The notes under the pieces are model-generated. The model was not told the DNA's origin. It saw only the letters and a program-made list of their open reading frames with translations, and did no database searches. Shown in pieces: positions 13,101 to 26,007 of a stretch of DNA of 41,318 bases. Origin of the DNA: Chlorokybus atmophyticus (taxonomy: Eukaryota > Plantae > Mesostigma and Chlorokybus algae); NCBI GenBank assembly GCA_009103225.1, contig RHPI01001891.1, forward strand, positions 1 to 41,318, read 5' to 3'. Position numbers and translations under genes: made by a program. Within the stretch, counting starts at the first letter, position 1, and the number at the start of each line of letters is the position of its first letter.

Positions 13101-13500
13101 TTGCAGCAGCAGGACAATTGACGGGAAATAAATATATATCTCACCAGTTTCTTGAGCGCTTTCAAGTGATTGAGTTTTGGGAACCGTACGGTAACTTCTT
13201 CCTACTTCACTGTGGTTGACTTCGCTGCTCTTCACAAGGTTGATATACCTATGCATCGACTTGTTTTGCTCTTCGCGCCCAGCATAAGAAAAGTGGGCAC
13301 CTCTACTGTATACCTCTGCCGCATGCTGGCATATTGCATATGCGTCAAACAGTTCAATGCCCTGCTTGCTTGCCCGGTCAAGATGTCGCTTCAAGGTGCC
13401 ACCTTGTCCATTGTGTTCTCCTTTACCACCTCCTGTTGAGGGCATGGATAGTGGCACTCCATCTTGATGCAACACAGATCTCCATCATTGTTGTGGTTTG
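10150..13500 (-). mobile_element. Heavily decayed L1-clade-like non-LTR retrotransposon ORF2 remnant
   Basis: Minus strand 11125-10955 reads FFMWLLSHQAHCTGDLLLQHDMDSEECFMC.../EMSSHFFANCAFSQKVWAWF (one frameshift), matching the zf-RVT pattern of L1-clade ORF2. Weaker: VYKELAK near 12800 (RT N-terminus) and LFDAY...HFSY near 13300 (endonuclease). Boundaries approximate; spans a gap. Confidence 0.5.
10549..10886. other. Assembly gap (N run)
   Basis: Continuous Ns. Confidence 1.
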
Positions 13501-13554
13501 TCGCCGGCGAAGCATACTGTGCAAGCCGTGCAAGATGGTTGGCACATTTTAATT

Positions 13555-14700
13555 GAACTACACAATTGTCACTTCAGCTTATCAATAGTAATGCCCCCCT
13601 GCTTGTATCGTTTGAGAAGTTATCGCATACGATAATGAACAAATAAGCTGACCTTTTGAAGATCATCTGATATCAAAAAGTGTACCTGCAACAATTTGGA
13701 ACGGTTTTCTGAGAGTGCAGGCAATGGCGAGATGACCTAATGCAGCGTACCCCTTTTTATTATATCGGGACCTCAGGCGTTACTTTGTCGCCGTCAACGG
13801 CTACTTCTGCATGCCGGTATTCAAGTTGCACTAAGATAAGATAGCCCGAGCGACTTTAAAAAATGCTATTGCATCAACTTATAGCTTCGCTTGAAAGCAT
13901 AGTTTTCGGATAAGTCAGTAACGCTAACGATTGTACCCGTAGGGAACGTCTTGATGCATTGTTTCTCGGCTTGCTACTGACACATCAAAGCGTGATGCTT
14001 GATTTGTTCGCGAGTCTCCGCTGCAGACAGCTTAGGTACTCCTTGAACAACATCTGCTGCCTTACAAAACCCACGCAAATTAAAGTGCGGACCTCGCCGT
14101 TCTTGTCCTTGTCTTCTTGTAGGCGCTTAACGCAAAAGCGGGGCTATAGCATAGTCTGCTGGTCCTCAAGTTCGTTTTTGCAGATGAGAAACCGTTTCCA
14201 GCCGCAGCACATACAATTGCTCGTGATGCAGTACTTTTGATGATATGCGATGTCGACTTCAACTTCTGGGCAGCAGGTTGCATTATGAGGATCTGTAATG
14301 GAGGCGCTGGAAGCGGTTAATTGCAGCATTGCGCTTTTGTGTAAATGGTACACCGGCATTTTCTAGCGCGTAAGCATGCTTTTCCCACTTGAGTGAAGTA
14401 CAACTTTAAGCAAAATTGAGCCCAATTATCACCTGCAGGCCAATCACAAGTAAAGCTCACGGACCTGGCAGTGTGCACAATTGCGCCGGCATTTGGCATG
14501 TTTTCAATGCCGATAAACCGCAAGCGCCACAATCAACAATTTTATTTCGATACGCTGAGAGCATACACAAACATGCCTGATGTCCTGACCGCCAATATAA
14601 TAGGGCTTCAACTTTATAAACGCCAGCTGATCAATCTTAAAAACGACGTGTTCAGCGCGACAATCGCTCACCGCAGTCATTGAAGACCTGCATCACGAAC
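13555..14700 (-). mobile_element. Decayed DDE transposase of the DF[AS]ENY-motif class (Sola2-like; family label tentative)
   Basis: Minus strand reads CITSNCMCCGW, then HHALMCQ*QAEKQCIKTFPTGTIVSVTDLSENYAF (DLSENY at 13916-13899), then ISDDLQKVSLFV (ISDDL at 13673-13659), the motif order typical of this class. Several stops and frameshifts; truncated near 13555. Confidence 0.5.
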
Positions 14701-15741
14701 GCCTATCAGCAAGCTGCAATCGAAGTGCAGCGCAGAAGACTGTCGCTACGTTTACCTCAAGCTCGGTGCTGTCGTATTGATCCAAGGGGCAAAGACCATA
14801 TGCATCTGCGGCAGAAACGCACAGGTAAGCAATGGTGCCATCCCACAAGACAGCCACTTCCACAGCGGTAACTGTGGGCCGCTGCGGCCTCACCCACACC
14901 ACTACCTTCCCAGAAACCCTGTGCACAACATTGTGTTGAGATTGAGAACTTGCTAACATACTCAACAAGTTACCTGCAGCAGATACAAAGCAGGAGTTGC
15001 ACCTGTGCTGCTGTGCTTCTGCGCGCACCGCCCCGTTTACATGTAGGTTGAGTTTACTCGGTCAGAGTTTACTCGGTGATGTAGGCTTGTATGGTGCCTG
15101 CGGCAGCCACTGGGTATGATGATAATCTTTACCATGTGGCAACCTACAACACGGAGAGTTTGTAAGCGATGTAAGCGAGGGAGAAACACTGTCGCAGCAC
15201 ACATACACATGCAGCCACAGATACCTGTGGTACTGCAACACAGCAGATGCGCAGCGCCCACGTTGTTGGTTACTTGCTAGCTGGAGCGTTCGCTGCGTTA
15301 TGCGGTGGAAAGGGGAGGCAGCGCCAACGGCAACCATACCGCACATACTGTCTTCACCACCCAGCTGCATGCAGCCACCGCCGTTGACCCTGCCCCAATT
15401 CACATGTGAAGCAAACGATTGCATGCAAGCGCTTGCATGCATGCTAGTGCCTTGCTTCAAGCGCATGCATGCAAGGGTGTGCTCGCACTACCACCAGCTG
15501 CATGACACGATGACGTTGACCCTTTGGCCTGCTCTAGCTGTGCTTTCAGATCACACTTACAGAATGAGAAAATAACACCAAGTCTGGAGATCAAGCATGC
15601 ATGTACATACCGAGCGGCAAGGCAACCTTCTCAGAAGCGCCTGGAGCATGCACAAGCTTGCAAGCGCACAGCAGGCTAGGCGGTCAGAGGTACCAGTCGA
15701 TTGAGTTTGGTACTGCTCTACATGCACCTCGAGAGAGCGGG

Positions 15742-15996
15742 NNNNNNNNNNNNNNNNNNNNNNNNNNNNNNNNNNNNNNNNNNNNNNNNNNNNNNNNNNN
15801 NNNNNNNNNNNNNNNNNNNNNNNNNNNNNNNNNNNNNNNNNNNNNNNNNNNNNNNNNNNNNNNNNNNNNNNNNNNNNNNNNNNNNNNNNNNNNNNNNNNN
15901 NNNNNNNNNNNNNNNNNNNNNNNNNNNNNNNNNNNNNNNNNNNNNNNNNNNNNNNNNNNNNNNNNNNNNNNNNNNNNNNNNNNNNNNNNNNNNNNN
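15742..15996. other. Assembly gap (N run)
   Basis: Continuous Ns. Confidence 1.
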
Positions 15997-16889
15997 GGCA
16001 GGAAGCAGGACTGGACTCTACATGCAACCGCGCTTCCCGCAGCTGACATGCACGACGACCACGACACCAACAGCGACAACTCTCTCAGACTTTTGTCTAG
16101 CAGCTGGGCTTCTACCTAGGCAGGAGCCTGACGGAGGTAAAGCGAGGTGTTCTGGCGTCATTCAACGTCTGTATACACAGCTAGGCACAACAATCCGATC
16201 AACAGCCACGTTCTTTCTCGTGTGATCACTGCTGGGGCGTTTGTGCATGCGCTGCTCCTCACCTCCTAGCTATAGGCGCTGGCCTGAAAACAAAAGGGCA
16301 GTGTGCAGCCTCAACTGCAAGCGGCCGTCCCACCCGCCGCTACAAGGGCAAAAGGACCTACAGGACAGGCCTTGCGCTCAGCGTGCATGCATGCCAGCAG
16401 CCCTGGCATGCATTCACCGTTGACGTGCCTGGAAGATTGTGAATGAGAAGGACTCGGGACAAAGTTGCAGGCTGCAACGCACACATGCACGCATATAAAA
16501 CAGCCTCGCCATCAGGACTGGCATTTTTTGCCGCCATACGTTGCTCGAGGCTGAACAGCTCAGATTGTTGATGATAAATGCAATCAATCACAAGCTATGC
16601 GTCAGGTAGGCAGTCAGGAAGAATATGTCAAAAATTCGTCTTTGCGAGATGATGTTACTGTAGCCCAACATAGGTTAAACTCGGCGTCATGGGTAGTGCT
16701 ATATTACCCAAGCATGTGTGCTGATTAGGCGACAACGCAACACCAGCTGTACAGTAGTTGAATGATACGAAAGCAAGCAAGACATAATGTCTCATGCAAT
16801 GTCTCAACTACATAATTTTTGGAAGGGCATGTTGATGCGCTTCAAATGATGCGCTTCAAACTATATACAACAGCTACCAGCATGCATCA

Positions 16890-19404
16890 CTACCTAAAAC
16901 ATTGATCATCCGCAAGAAAAGCGGTTGCATCTTCTACAAGCTCAAGCATGTGCTTGTAATGGTGAAGCTCCTGGATGTTGATGATGCACTCTTGGCTGAG
17001 GTGGACGCGTCCGGGCCTGCCTGAGCTCTCCATCTTGTTGGCTATCTGCGCTGTCTCCCCCCACACTTCATATCTCGGAGCAGTGCCCACCACTCCTGCC
17101 ACAACGGGCCCCGAGTGAAGGCCGATGCGCGTGGCAATGTCATGGAGCTTGGTCTGGCGGGCGGCGGGGGTGTGTGTTTTGTTGGCAGCGATGAGGAGGA
17201 GCTCGTCACGCAGCGCGTCGATGGCATGAAGCATGGAGCGCACCATCTCCATGGCGGTGGCGGTGTGGGCGTCGTTGCGGGCGGGCACACCTGCCACGCA
17301 CACGTAGGCGTCCCCGATGATGTTGACCTTGTACACGCGTTTCTTGTCGCAGAGGCTGTCAAATGTGGTGTAGAGGCGGTTGAGAAACACCACGAGGCGG
17401 TGCGCGCCCAGCGCAAGGGAGAGAGGGGTGAAGCCCACCATATCGCCGAACAAGCACGTCGTCTCGCTGTAGTGGTCCGCAATGCTGGGCGAGCCACGCT
17501 TCAGCAACAGGCCTATCTGAGGCAGTACGAGATCGTGGATGAGATTGGACGATATGCGGTTCTGCTTCACCAACTCCTTCTGCAGAAAGTGGCCACGCAT
17601 CCTGCACTCCTGCTGCCTTACCTGCGCGAGAGCGTGAGAGATGTGCCATAGTGGACACGCACGTGCAGTATACACACATACACGCATTACTCACTGAAGC
17701 CATAAGGAACAGAAACTCGATGGCGTAGAAGATCACGCCCGGAGCGACGTGCGCGTTGTCGATGATGGAGTTGTTGACGGTGTTGTTGTTGGTTGTGTGG
17801 CCACGCTTTCGGGTGAGGACGGCCAGGAGGCCAGAGAAGAGCGCGACAGCGCCAACGGCGGCGGCGGTGGCGTAACCGAAGGTGAGTTAACACGCGAGCA
17901 TGATGGCTGGGAGCGTGACGGTCATGGTCATGACCACCTCCTCGTTGACGCTGCCGTTGTGGCCCTTGTTGCGCATGGGCGCCAACGCCATCACCACCGC
18001 GCTACCCGCCACCGCCAGCCCCGTCATCAACCGCTGCTGCATGAGGGCACGCAACCCGTGCATCGGCCAACGTAAAGCCGCCGACATGTACACGAGGGCC
18101 GCGACGGCCACACAAGTGTACGCCAGCTGCAGGGAGAAGGCATGGCGAGCCATGCCTGCGTACGGGTGTTGCTGCAGGATGTCGAAGAGAGAGTGCAGGG
18201 GAGAAGGGTGCTGCAGAAGAGTCCCACCGCCACTTGCATCTGCGCGTGTCGACTGTCGAGTTGTGAGAGTCGTCACACAGTCTCTGTGTGTATGCGCATG
18301 CACACCTAACATAGCCTGGCCTTGTCGCTGTCGCGTTGATATACCGTTTCCAGCTCGGCGCTGCACAACGTGGCACACACACAATCCGACATGTCAACAT
18401 ATGCAATTTACAGCGAGAGACTGTCCCCGACAACAGACACTGGCTACATGTAGCGTGTGAATCGTAGCGTGAGGGGGTGCCATGGCGCTGAAAACAGCAA
18501 AGGGGAAGTGCGCGGGGTTGCTGCCTGTGCTGTCAGTGAAGGACAAGCTGCTGCGACTCGCATGCAACAACAATGTGTCTCTTGACAGCGTCAGCAGAGA
18601 ACGCCACCAAAGCTGCAGCACATGGCGGAGAGTGACTCTCACAACGAACACCGCAGTAGCGGGCAACCTTACTTCTAGTACATAGAGTAGCACACACTGA
18701 CAAACAAACATATGACCATGTTATGTTGCACGTATCACGGGTTGGTACCTTTGCAGGAGGCTTTGTTGAGCCAGAGAGGTGAATGCGGGGGTGGGGACAA
18801 CGTGCGAGGAGGGGGGTGATGCTGTTTGTCATGCTGGTGGTGATGTGGGTCTTTATGTTGGGTGACATTGGTCCCGCACAGCAGCAAGCGCGCCACATTG
18901 CGCACAGTAGCCGCCATCTTGTTGATGTTGACCTTGGGGTTGGTGACGCTGTTGTCACAGAAGCCGCGTGTGGCGCGGCTCCTTTGATGGCCAAGCTGCG
19001 GATTCGCCTGCAATGTGTGTGTGCATGTCACCCAGTAGTTGGACGTGCATGTCTCTGCTGCTCGCTCTTGTGCCTAGCACGCACTTCAATGTAGCAGCTT
19101 GTAGCTCGCGTGTTTACACAGCTGGGAGTCATCAACATGTTGCTCCAGGAAGAATGACACCATGGGGCCCTTACCTTCACCTCCACCACGCCCCTGCTGC
19201 CGGCAGCAGAGACACTACCCTATCACACGCATGCACACGCTCACGCACGCACGCACCAACAACGAGTGCTTGCCCAAGGCCGTGCCTCTCTTCATGCCTC
19301 CCAACAACAACAACAACAACGTCACTTCAAGTAAGTTACCTTTAGCAGTTCCGTGGTCGTCCCCCAGACATGTGGACTTTGCCTGACAGCCCGTGACTGC
19401 GTGT
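16890..19404 (-). pseudogene. Inverted paralog of the cyclase gene's 3' half (end of C1, linker, M2, C2), frameshifted and interrupted by a retrotransposon
   Basis: Collinear with ~6320-9295, including introns. The C2 exon is still open (CLFGDMVGF, YKVNIIGDAY, WGETAQIANKMES). Frameshifts: +2 in the KVHMS exon, -1 in the EVKGKG exon, and another early in the M2 exon. Homology stops at ~19404, where TGTCATGCC of the gypsy element begins. Confidence 0.85.
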
Positions 19405-19406
19405 GT

Positions 19407-19732
19407 TGTCATGCCAGCGGTCTCGGAGGGGCCAACTTCCTCGTTGATGCCTACAGCCAGGCATCGTTCCCGTGCTACCAGCATCGACAATCCTTTTTAT
19501 CAGTCATGCCTACAGCCAGACATCGACCTTGGCTACAGGCATAAGTCCCACTCGACACGAAGTCGTCAGGCAGTCTTCGTAGGTACCTAGTATAATCCGT
19601 ACTAGCTGATCCGTTGCGAGTGCCGACTTACGCTTGATCTAGGTCATTTCGTAAACTAGCTGTTATCTTAGAAATGAATAGATGTTACTTGTCTATAACA
19701 GCTTAGGACTTAGTCTCTGTACGTTGATGACA
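19407..19732 (+). repeat. Putative 5' LTR of element A (TGTCA...TGACA, 326 bp)
   Basis: 5-bp inverted termini; shares the TGTCATGCC start, ATGCCTACAGC motif and GATGACA-(C)TGTAAGTGAG end with 38581-38265 of element B; ATGCCTACAGCCAG occurs twice (19447, 19506). No second LTR in the window to confirm the boundary. Confidence 0.55.
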
Positions 19733-20278
19733 TGTAAGTGAGAACTGAAAGACTTGGAACTAAGAAGTACGGATGTTGGTCTTTGGAGCGCTCGGGACTT
19801 GCTCTCTGAAGGTTGTGGCTTGGTGTGACTGCATCACCTCACCGCCCCGGCCAACACACATCTACACGAAAGAGAATGCAGTGCATGCACACGTGCGTTG
19901 CTTGTCACTTGATGTGATTGTGGTTGTGTGGGTGCACGTTGTGCGGTCCGCATCAGAGTGTGGTATCCACGAGTTGCCGCACTCATACACCTCACTTGAC
20001 AGTGGAATCATCTTGACCTCGTTTAAGGAACTGTATAAGCAGCACTACCTCTAGTAGTGGCTTGTTGACTTACAGTGTCATCCCCTTGTACAAGTGAGTG
20101 TCGTGCATCAGCGTGGCTTGCATTCTTTCAGCGGCATTGGTTGCATCATTGTTGTGTTATCATTACCAACACATAGTGCATCCACAAGCACTAGTGTGTT
20201 GAGTGGTAGCATTGGGGGAGCACCAGTAGAGTACACACACTCTGCCTTGCTTTCTCCTGCGCTTACCGTGCGACTTGC

Positions 20279-22415
20279 ATGAGTGAGTTTACACTCAGGG
20301 AGTCCACTCATCGGTACGAGCTTTCCCCTGTGGCCAAGGAGACCACCAGCGACTTCAACAACTGGTTGGGCTCGAACCTATCCTATGGATGATACGGTGA
20401 AAAAGAGGGCGATGACAACAGCGACAGCCCCCAATCTTCACCACCACTCCGTTCCAGAGTCCGTACTCAATCTCGTCATCAAGTTGAAAGCTTCATTGAT
20501 CAGCTCAACAGCGACGACATGGAGGCATCCGGTTCCACTCATGGTCTCACCTTCTCCGGTCGTCCTGGCACATCACCACTAAAACGAATGGATCATTAAT
20601 TGGATTCTAGGATGAGCTACCATGCGAACAAGACTCCCAACTGGTCAAATGTAATATCTTTTTGCATGGCTGCAACTTGCTTAGACCATGAGGCACATGA
20701 GGTGTATAGGTCAGTTGTTGCACAGCATTAGATTGGAGGGTACGGAGTTCTGGCTGGCACCGAAGCGCTGCCCATGGAAGCATCAACTCCTGGCTTCCCT
20801 GCAACGCCCATTGTTCCAGTTGCCCCACTGCAAGGCCCTACAATTACGGAAGCTTTAGCCGCAGCACAGTTGACAGCTGAAGTAGATATCCTAGCAGTTG
20901 ATCCTGTCTTGGTCGACCGCGAGTTGACAACAGGGCAACAAGCACGCCGGTCTTGGGTGCAACTCTTGACGTTCAGGCTAATGGCAGCACAGCAAACTGC
21001 GCTTGAGGAAGCACAAGCACGACAGCGCGTCACCGTACCTGACACTCCAATCCGGACAAAAACTCAGGGAACCCGAGACAGAGCTGCAGGCAGCACACTG
21101 TCTTCAGGCTCGGTTAGCATGCGAGAACCCGCTCTCACCGTCTGGGTGGACCGCATGTTGTCACCGCCAAAGGACTTGTATCCGGCACTTTGGCGCACAT
21201 TCCCACCACAGACCAGTCAGAAGGTGGAGGAGTTGCGTCACTTTAGGCGCAAGGCAGGGGAGGATCCTCTGCGCACTTTGACCCGTATGGTCCAGCTGCT
21301 GAAAGACACCAACTACAAGATCCACAACGACCAAGCTGCCGCCGTGGTGTTAGTTAGCCAACTTGAGCCTCTTCTGAACAGAACGGTGGACAACGCTCTC
21401 AACAATACCCGACCACAAGGGTATTTGCTGCTTCAAGCCTTTGAAACAGCCCAGGCAAACCATGACCGCCAGGTGTGGATAAGAGCCGTGCTGGATATAA
21501 ACTCTGGTCCCTCACGAGCTCCTGCCTCTGCTCCAAACCCCTGCCGACATGACCGCAAGTCTTATCCCACCAACACACCCCGATCTCCTGCGAAGTCAGC
21601 TCACACTGCACTATCGGCTCCTGTTGTCTGCCATCGGTGTGGTCGACACGGCCACTACTAAAAGGACTGCACGGAGGAGTACGGGAACCTGGTGTGACCA
21701 TTGCCACAAGACCGGACATGTGGAGGCAATCTGCTACACCAAGCACCCTGAGTTTAGACCCTCAGGCAGCTACAATGGCAGCAGCGGTAACAACAATAAC
21801 AACAACAACGGCAACAAGGGCAAGGAGCTAGCCAACAACGGCTATTGGGGGAAGAACAACCTGCCGAAACCAAAACAGAACCATCAGGTTTGACCCAAAG
21901 CAGGCACTGCCGCCCGCAAGGCGCCTGTTGCGAATAACACAGAGGTGGTTGCTGCCCTCACAGCACGGATGGATGAGCTTCACGCGATGCTGAAGGGCAG
22001 GGAGGATGAATATCGCGCATGCTACACGGCACATTGGGCAGCAATGGGAGTGAAGCGTAAGGAAGCCACCCCGCTTACGCGCGTACAGCCACCACAACGA
22101 ACCCAAGAGGACGCCGAGCTATCCTCCACAGTTGGATCAGTCGGTTCTGTTGGCCAAGCGGCAACAACAGCAGCGACAACCACAGTACCGTCATTGGCCG
22201 CCACCACTGGTGCCTCAGAGTCATTGACTGCATCGGCAGAAGCCCTTGCGAATTCCATTGCAGCTGTTGCTACACCAGCCACGACAGCCGCCACCGTTAC
22301 CGTTGGTGAAAGTCTTGCGGCAACTATTGCTGCAACCTCAGCTATTTTTGCTGCCAACTCGACGGTAGCAATGTCATCAGCAGCAACCATAGCCGCTGTT
22401 GACCCCACTGCGTAG
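20279..22415 (+). pseudogene. gag of element A (two CCHC zinc knuckles, Asn-rich and Thr/Ala-rich tracts)
   Basis: ATG 20279 is in frame with ORF 20774; CHRCGRHGHY*KDC and CDHCHKTGHVEAIC; aligns with element B gag (FSGRPGT/FPGRPGT, LDHEAHEV/LDYEAHDV, RTFPPQT in both). Confidence 0.8.
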
Positions 22416-24149
22416 CCAATCAGTACTGCAGCTATCACCCAGCTCAGTATCGCTGCCTTGGAAGCAATCATAGCCGGACCATCAATGTCCACCATGGCTG
22501 CCACAGGGGCGGGACCCTCCACGTCCACGACGGTGCAATCTCGACCGGCGCAGCTGACGTACCAGCAGCACTGTTCCCACTCGGACATGGACTAACACGT
22601 ACTGCCGCTGCCATGCCAATCACGTTGGCGCACGTTGGACGTGACCAGTTCATGTGACGCATTGACGAGGATGCCCTGCTATATCATATACCATGATGGT
22701 ATCGACACTGTCCCTCTCTATTGTTAGGAGCTGGGCCACAACTTCCGCACCCTACGCATCACCGACAACACCCTCACTATGTTCCGGGATTTGTACAATC
22801 GTCATCGGTCGGCACCGGAGCATCCAGCATTGCTCGGACCACTCAACCAAGAGCCGTCCAACCTGGAACACTTCGACAACTTGGACCCGCAGGTGGTTCA
22901 ATTGTTTCCGGCATTTGCTGCGCGTCCGCTGGGCAACAATCCCGTGTTGAACACATGTTTATGGCGTGAGCAATGCAGTTCCGTAATCATCGAGAACAGT
23001 TGGTCTGTCGTTGCGAACGGGACTGCTTTAAAGATGTCCAGCGGGACATCGACGAAGCACCAGCTGGCGTCATCATCAACGACACCCGCGCCGAAGCATA
23101 TGGCAACATTTGGGTGAACAGGCCGCAGCATCCAACCGACGAGGACTGGGAGCGCATCAGGCTCGCTTAAACGGGGGCGTTGAGCAGATATTTTAGGGGG
23201 GCAATCGCTGCCCTCATCATCGACATGACCAACACTTGGCCAGCAAACCAGCGTCAACCGGGGAAGGGGTATCTTCAACAGGAAGCCCACCCGCATCTCG
23301 CTGGTCAACAGACACACCGGGAGCAACAATTGCGCACACGCCTGCTGCTAGAAGCCATCCAGGGGACGTTGCAACAAGGCCCGAAAAGCGCCACACTTAG
23401 AGGGATGCTGCGACTACAGCAAACCACGGGAGAACGGGCTCAAGTACTCACCTGGTTAATTTACAACCACTGGTGCAGGGGGGCACCCTGCAATTCCACA
23501 ATTCGTGTTCCCATCCAGTCTGCAATGGATGAGTGCGTTCATGCGCACTGTACGGCAAGCCTACGCCCAAGTGGTGGACCACTTGCGTCCCTATGGCATT
23601 CGTGACACAGTCACTATGGAGGTCGCCCTCATGCATCCACCAGGCATCAAGGCAGCACGGCAACTCCGGCGCATTGCGCAGGCCTATGATAACCAGCGTC
23701 GATAGCAGGTCTCGCCCGACACGCGAGCCATGACAGTAATCGACATAGGGGTCACTGGAGGTCGGTGGGACACGTACATGCGGAGCCACCTGGGGATACC
23801 CACCATTAGCGACGCATTGAGAAGGCAGCTGGTACGCGCCGTCTACCCCACGCCTATGCCTCAGGTGGAGGAGTTTGAAGACTGGCGTTATCACCCCTTA
23901 GTCACATGGGAGGGCACTCTTGTGCGTGAGGCCGCTCATGCACGCTATCGGATCGACAGGGAGACAGTGGCAGCAATGGAACGCGTTCGTCCACCACCAT
24001 AACCGTCAGCTCTTGGTACTGACCCAACGCCTCGTCGTAATCCACCACCGGCGCCGGCACCACCCGGACAGGGGCTGGGGCAGGGGGGTGAAACTGAACA
24101 AGGGAGTGCACCAGGACAGGGCACAGCCTCTGCTGCAGGAAGAGGAGCC

Positions 24150-24700
24150 ATGGCAGCCTTGAGGACAATTACTCTGAAGCAACACCCCATCGCAAATATT
24201 GTTTCTCGACGTCCCAGCGATCGCACACGGCTTCACGCCAACGCTAATATGGTTGCCAAGCAGGGCAAGCATGTGCAGATCAACGGACACGTGCCCAAGC
24301 GCGTCATGCTGCATGGAGGGGCACAACGATGTATCATCGGCCGACACTTGGCTAAGGCCTTGGTCTCATAGCAGCGTCGCTGGATAGTTGCCCTTTCGAG
24401 ATTGGAACCGCCACGAGAGGACGAGAAAGCCCCGTTGGCATCACCAAGGAGGTCCTCACTATAACCTTGACTGGGCTGGACTCCACTCACACCACTCAGC
24501 TGGCTCAGCGGTGTGTGGTCACCAACGCCATCAGCTATGACCTGCTGATTGGGCAGGACTTCAGCTACCCCGTAGCCATCGGCATGAACAACTGGACCAA
24601 ACAAGCGTGGTTCAGACCCGGTTGGCGCAGCGGAGATGGTTCCACCATCGGGTTCATCCCCTTCGACCTGGTGCTGCCCACACGAGCACGCCGACTCATG
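24150..24700 (+). pseudogene. Retroviral-type aspartic protease of element A (catalytic Asp lost)
   Basis: KRVMLHGGAQRCIIG corresponds to KRVILDTGAQPVIIG in element B; downstream VVTNAISYDLLIGQDF. Confidence 0.75.
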
Positions 24701-24939
24701 GGGGCCACCGCTACAACTGTCACTATGCCACCCATGCCCCACTCCAACACGCAGGACACGGCAACCAAGGAGGTGGCCTTGCAAGACCCTGCAGAGCGCC
24801 GCTGGAAAGCAGAGGTGGTCGCACATGCGTTGCTAAACAAACAGCCGTCCCCCACGCGTTGTTTAGACTACCATGAAGAAGTCCCGGTTGCAGAGCAGTT
24901 TGCCGTGGCCAACAAAATCGTGGACTTTAGCGCGGCGCG

Positions 24940-25721
24940 GCGCCAACAAGGAGTCACTTTGCTGGAGCTGTTTGGCGGGATCAGCAGCAGCTTGGCAGCC
25001 CTTCTCGACACCGGTGTCAAGGTAACACAGTATCACTACTGTGACCCTGATCCGCATGCCCAAACAGCTGTTCGCCATCATCTGCGCTAGTTGCACTTGC
25101 GCTATCCACACCTTCTGCCATTGTCTGCATTGCGTGGAAGTCGTAAGGCGCTGCCTCAAGACATTCGCCTCATTCTACTGATCATCTTATTGCCTTGGGC
25201 AATATGGATCTATTGATTGCAGGATGGGAGTGTCAAGGTCACTCCAGGGCCGGCACAGGACAGGAGCTGCACGATCCACGCTCCACGCTCTTTTTAATAT
25301 TGCTGCGAGTCATCCACTTGCTGCAGCACCACCAGATTCTACACCCCCTAGCGTACATCATCAAGAATGTCCACTCCGAGGATGATCGCCGCCACCAGGT
25401 GCAGCACGGCCACCGGACAAGGATGAACGCCACACGCCATGGGTCACGTGCACACCGTGTCTGCACCAAGTGGACAAACCTCGCTGCTATGGAAGAGCTG
25501 ACCGCCGCTGAGCACCTCCTCCAATTCGCGTCCCCTGAACTTGTTCGTGGATGACATCCTCGATATTAGCAAAACGTCGCAGCCAGTCTCTCGCCGCGAT
25601 CACGAGCACTTCTACCAGTGCAACCAACCAGGAGAACCACGTCGAGCTCTCCCCACGCTGGTCTCATACCCGGGCTCTTATGCCTTCAGGGATGGCGGGG
25701 ACAGCATGGTCTTCGACAACA
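24940..25721 (+). pseudogene. DNMT3-like C5 cytosine methyltransferase domain of element A (C-terminus resumes at 38582)
   Basis: Motif I ELFGGI 24965-24982; motif IV GWECQGHS 25222-25245; motif VI KNV 25363-25371; motif VIII AHRVCTKWTNL ~25450-25482. One stop (25088) and frameshifts. Confidence 0.85.
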
Positions 25722-26007
25722 TGTCGGGTCGAGGGGAGTCGAGGGTCACGCTCTCGGACAGCTGCATGGACAGCCATGCTGTGCTGGACATGCTGCTGCG
25801 CCACCTGCGTAACGCGCAGCAAAAACAGAAAGATGACCTCAACCCTGATGGTGACAAGTGCTTCGTGCAGCTGGTGTGCTGCTGCTGGGTAGTACGGGGA
25901 GGTGGAGTCAGTGTTCTCCCTAGTGTACATGCTGTGCTGTAGCACACAAAGTCAACAAGCCACCCCCCTTGGGCTCTGGGGGAGGTTCTAGCTCCAGAGC
26001 TCAGCTG

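Larger units (their letters stand above)
19407..25721 (+). mobile_element. Ty3/gypsy-type retrotransposon A, 5' part (LTR-like end, gag, unassigned region, protease, DNMT3-like methyltransferase); continues at 38582
   Basis: Collinear homology with element B; gag with two CCHC knuckles; protease remnant KRVMLHGGAQ; methyltransferase motifs ELFGGI, GWECQGHS, KNV, AHRVCTKWTNL. Multiple stops and frameshifts. Confidence 0.9.

Noticed and set aside
10465-16225. ORFs of 130-170 aa around 10465-11004 and 15557-16225
   Set aside because: They are open only because they run through N gaps.
14700-16600. Intron-like GCAT/CA-rich sequence with short ORFs, possibly a fragmented gene
   Set aside because: No recognisable protein motif, and a gap interrupts it.
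25722-25942. Coding-looking plus-strand frame (DSHAVLDMLLRHLRNAQQKQK) in element B's 3' terminus
   Set aside because: Only ~70 codons, no start of its own and no recognisable homology; noted only as part of the asymmetric-terminus finding.
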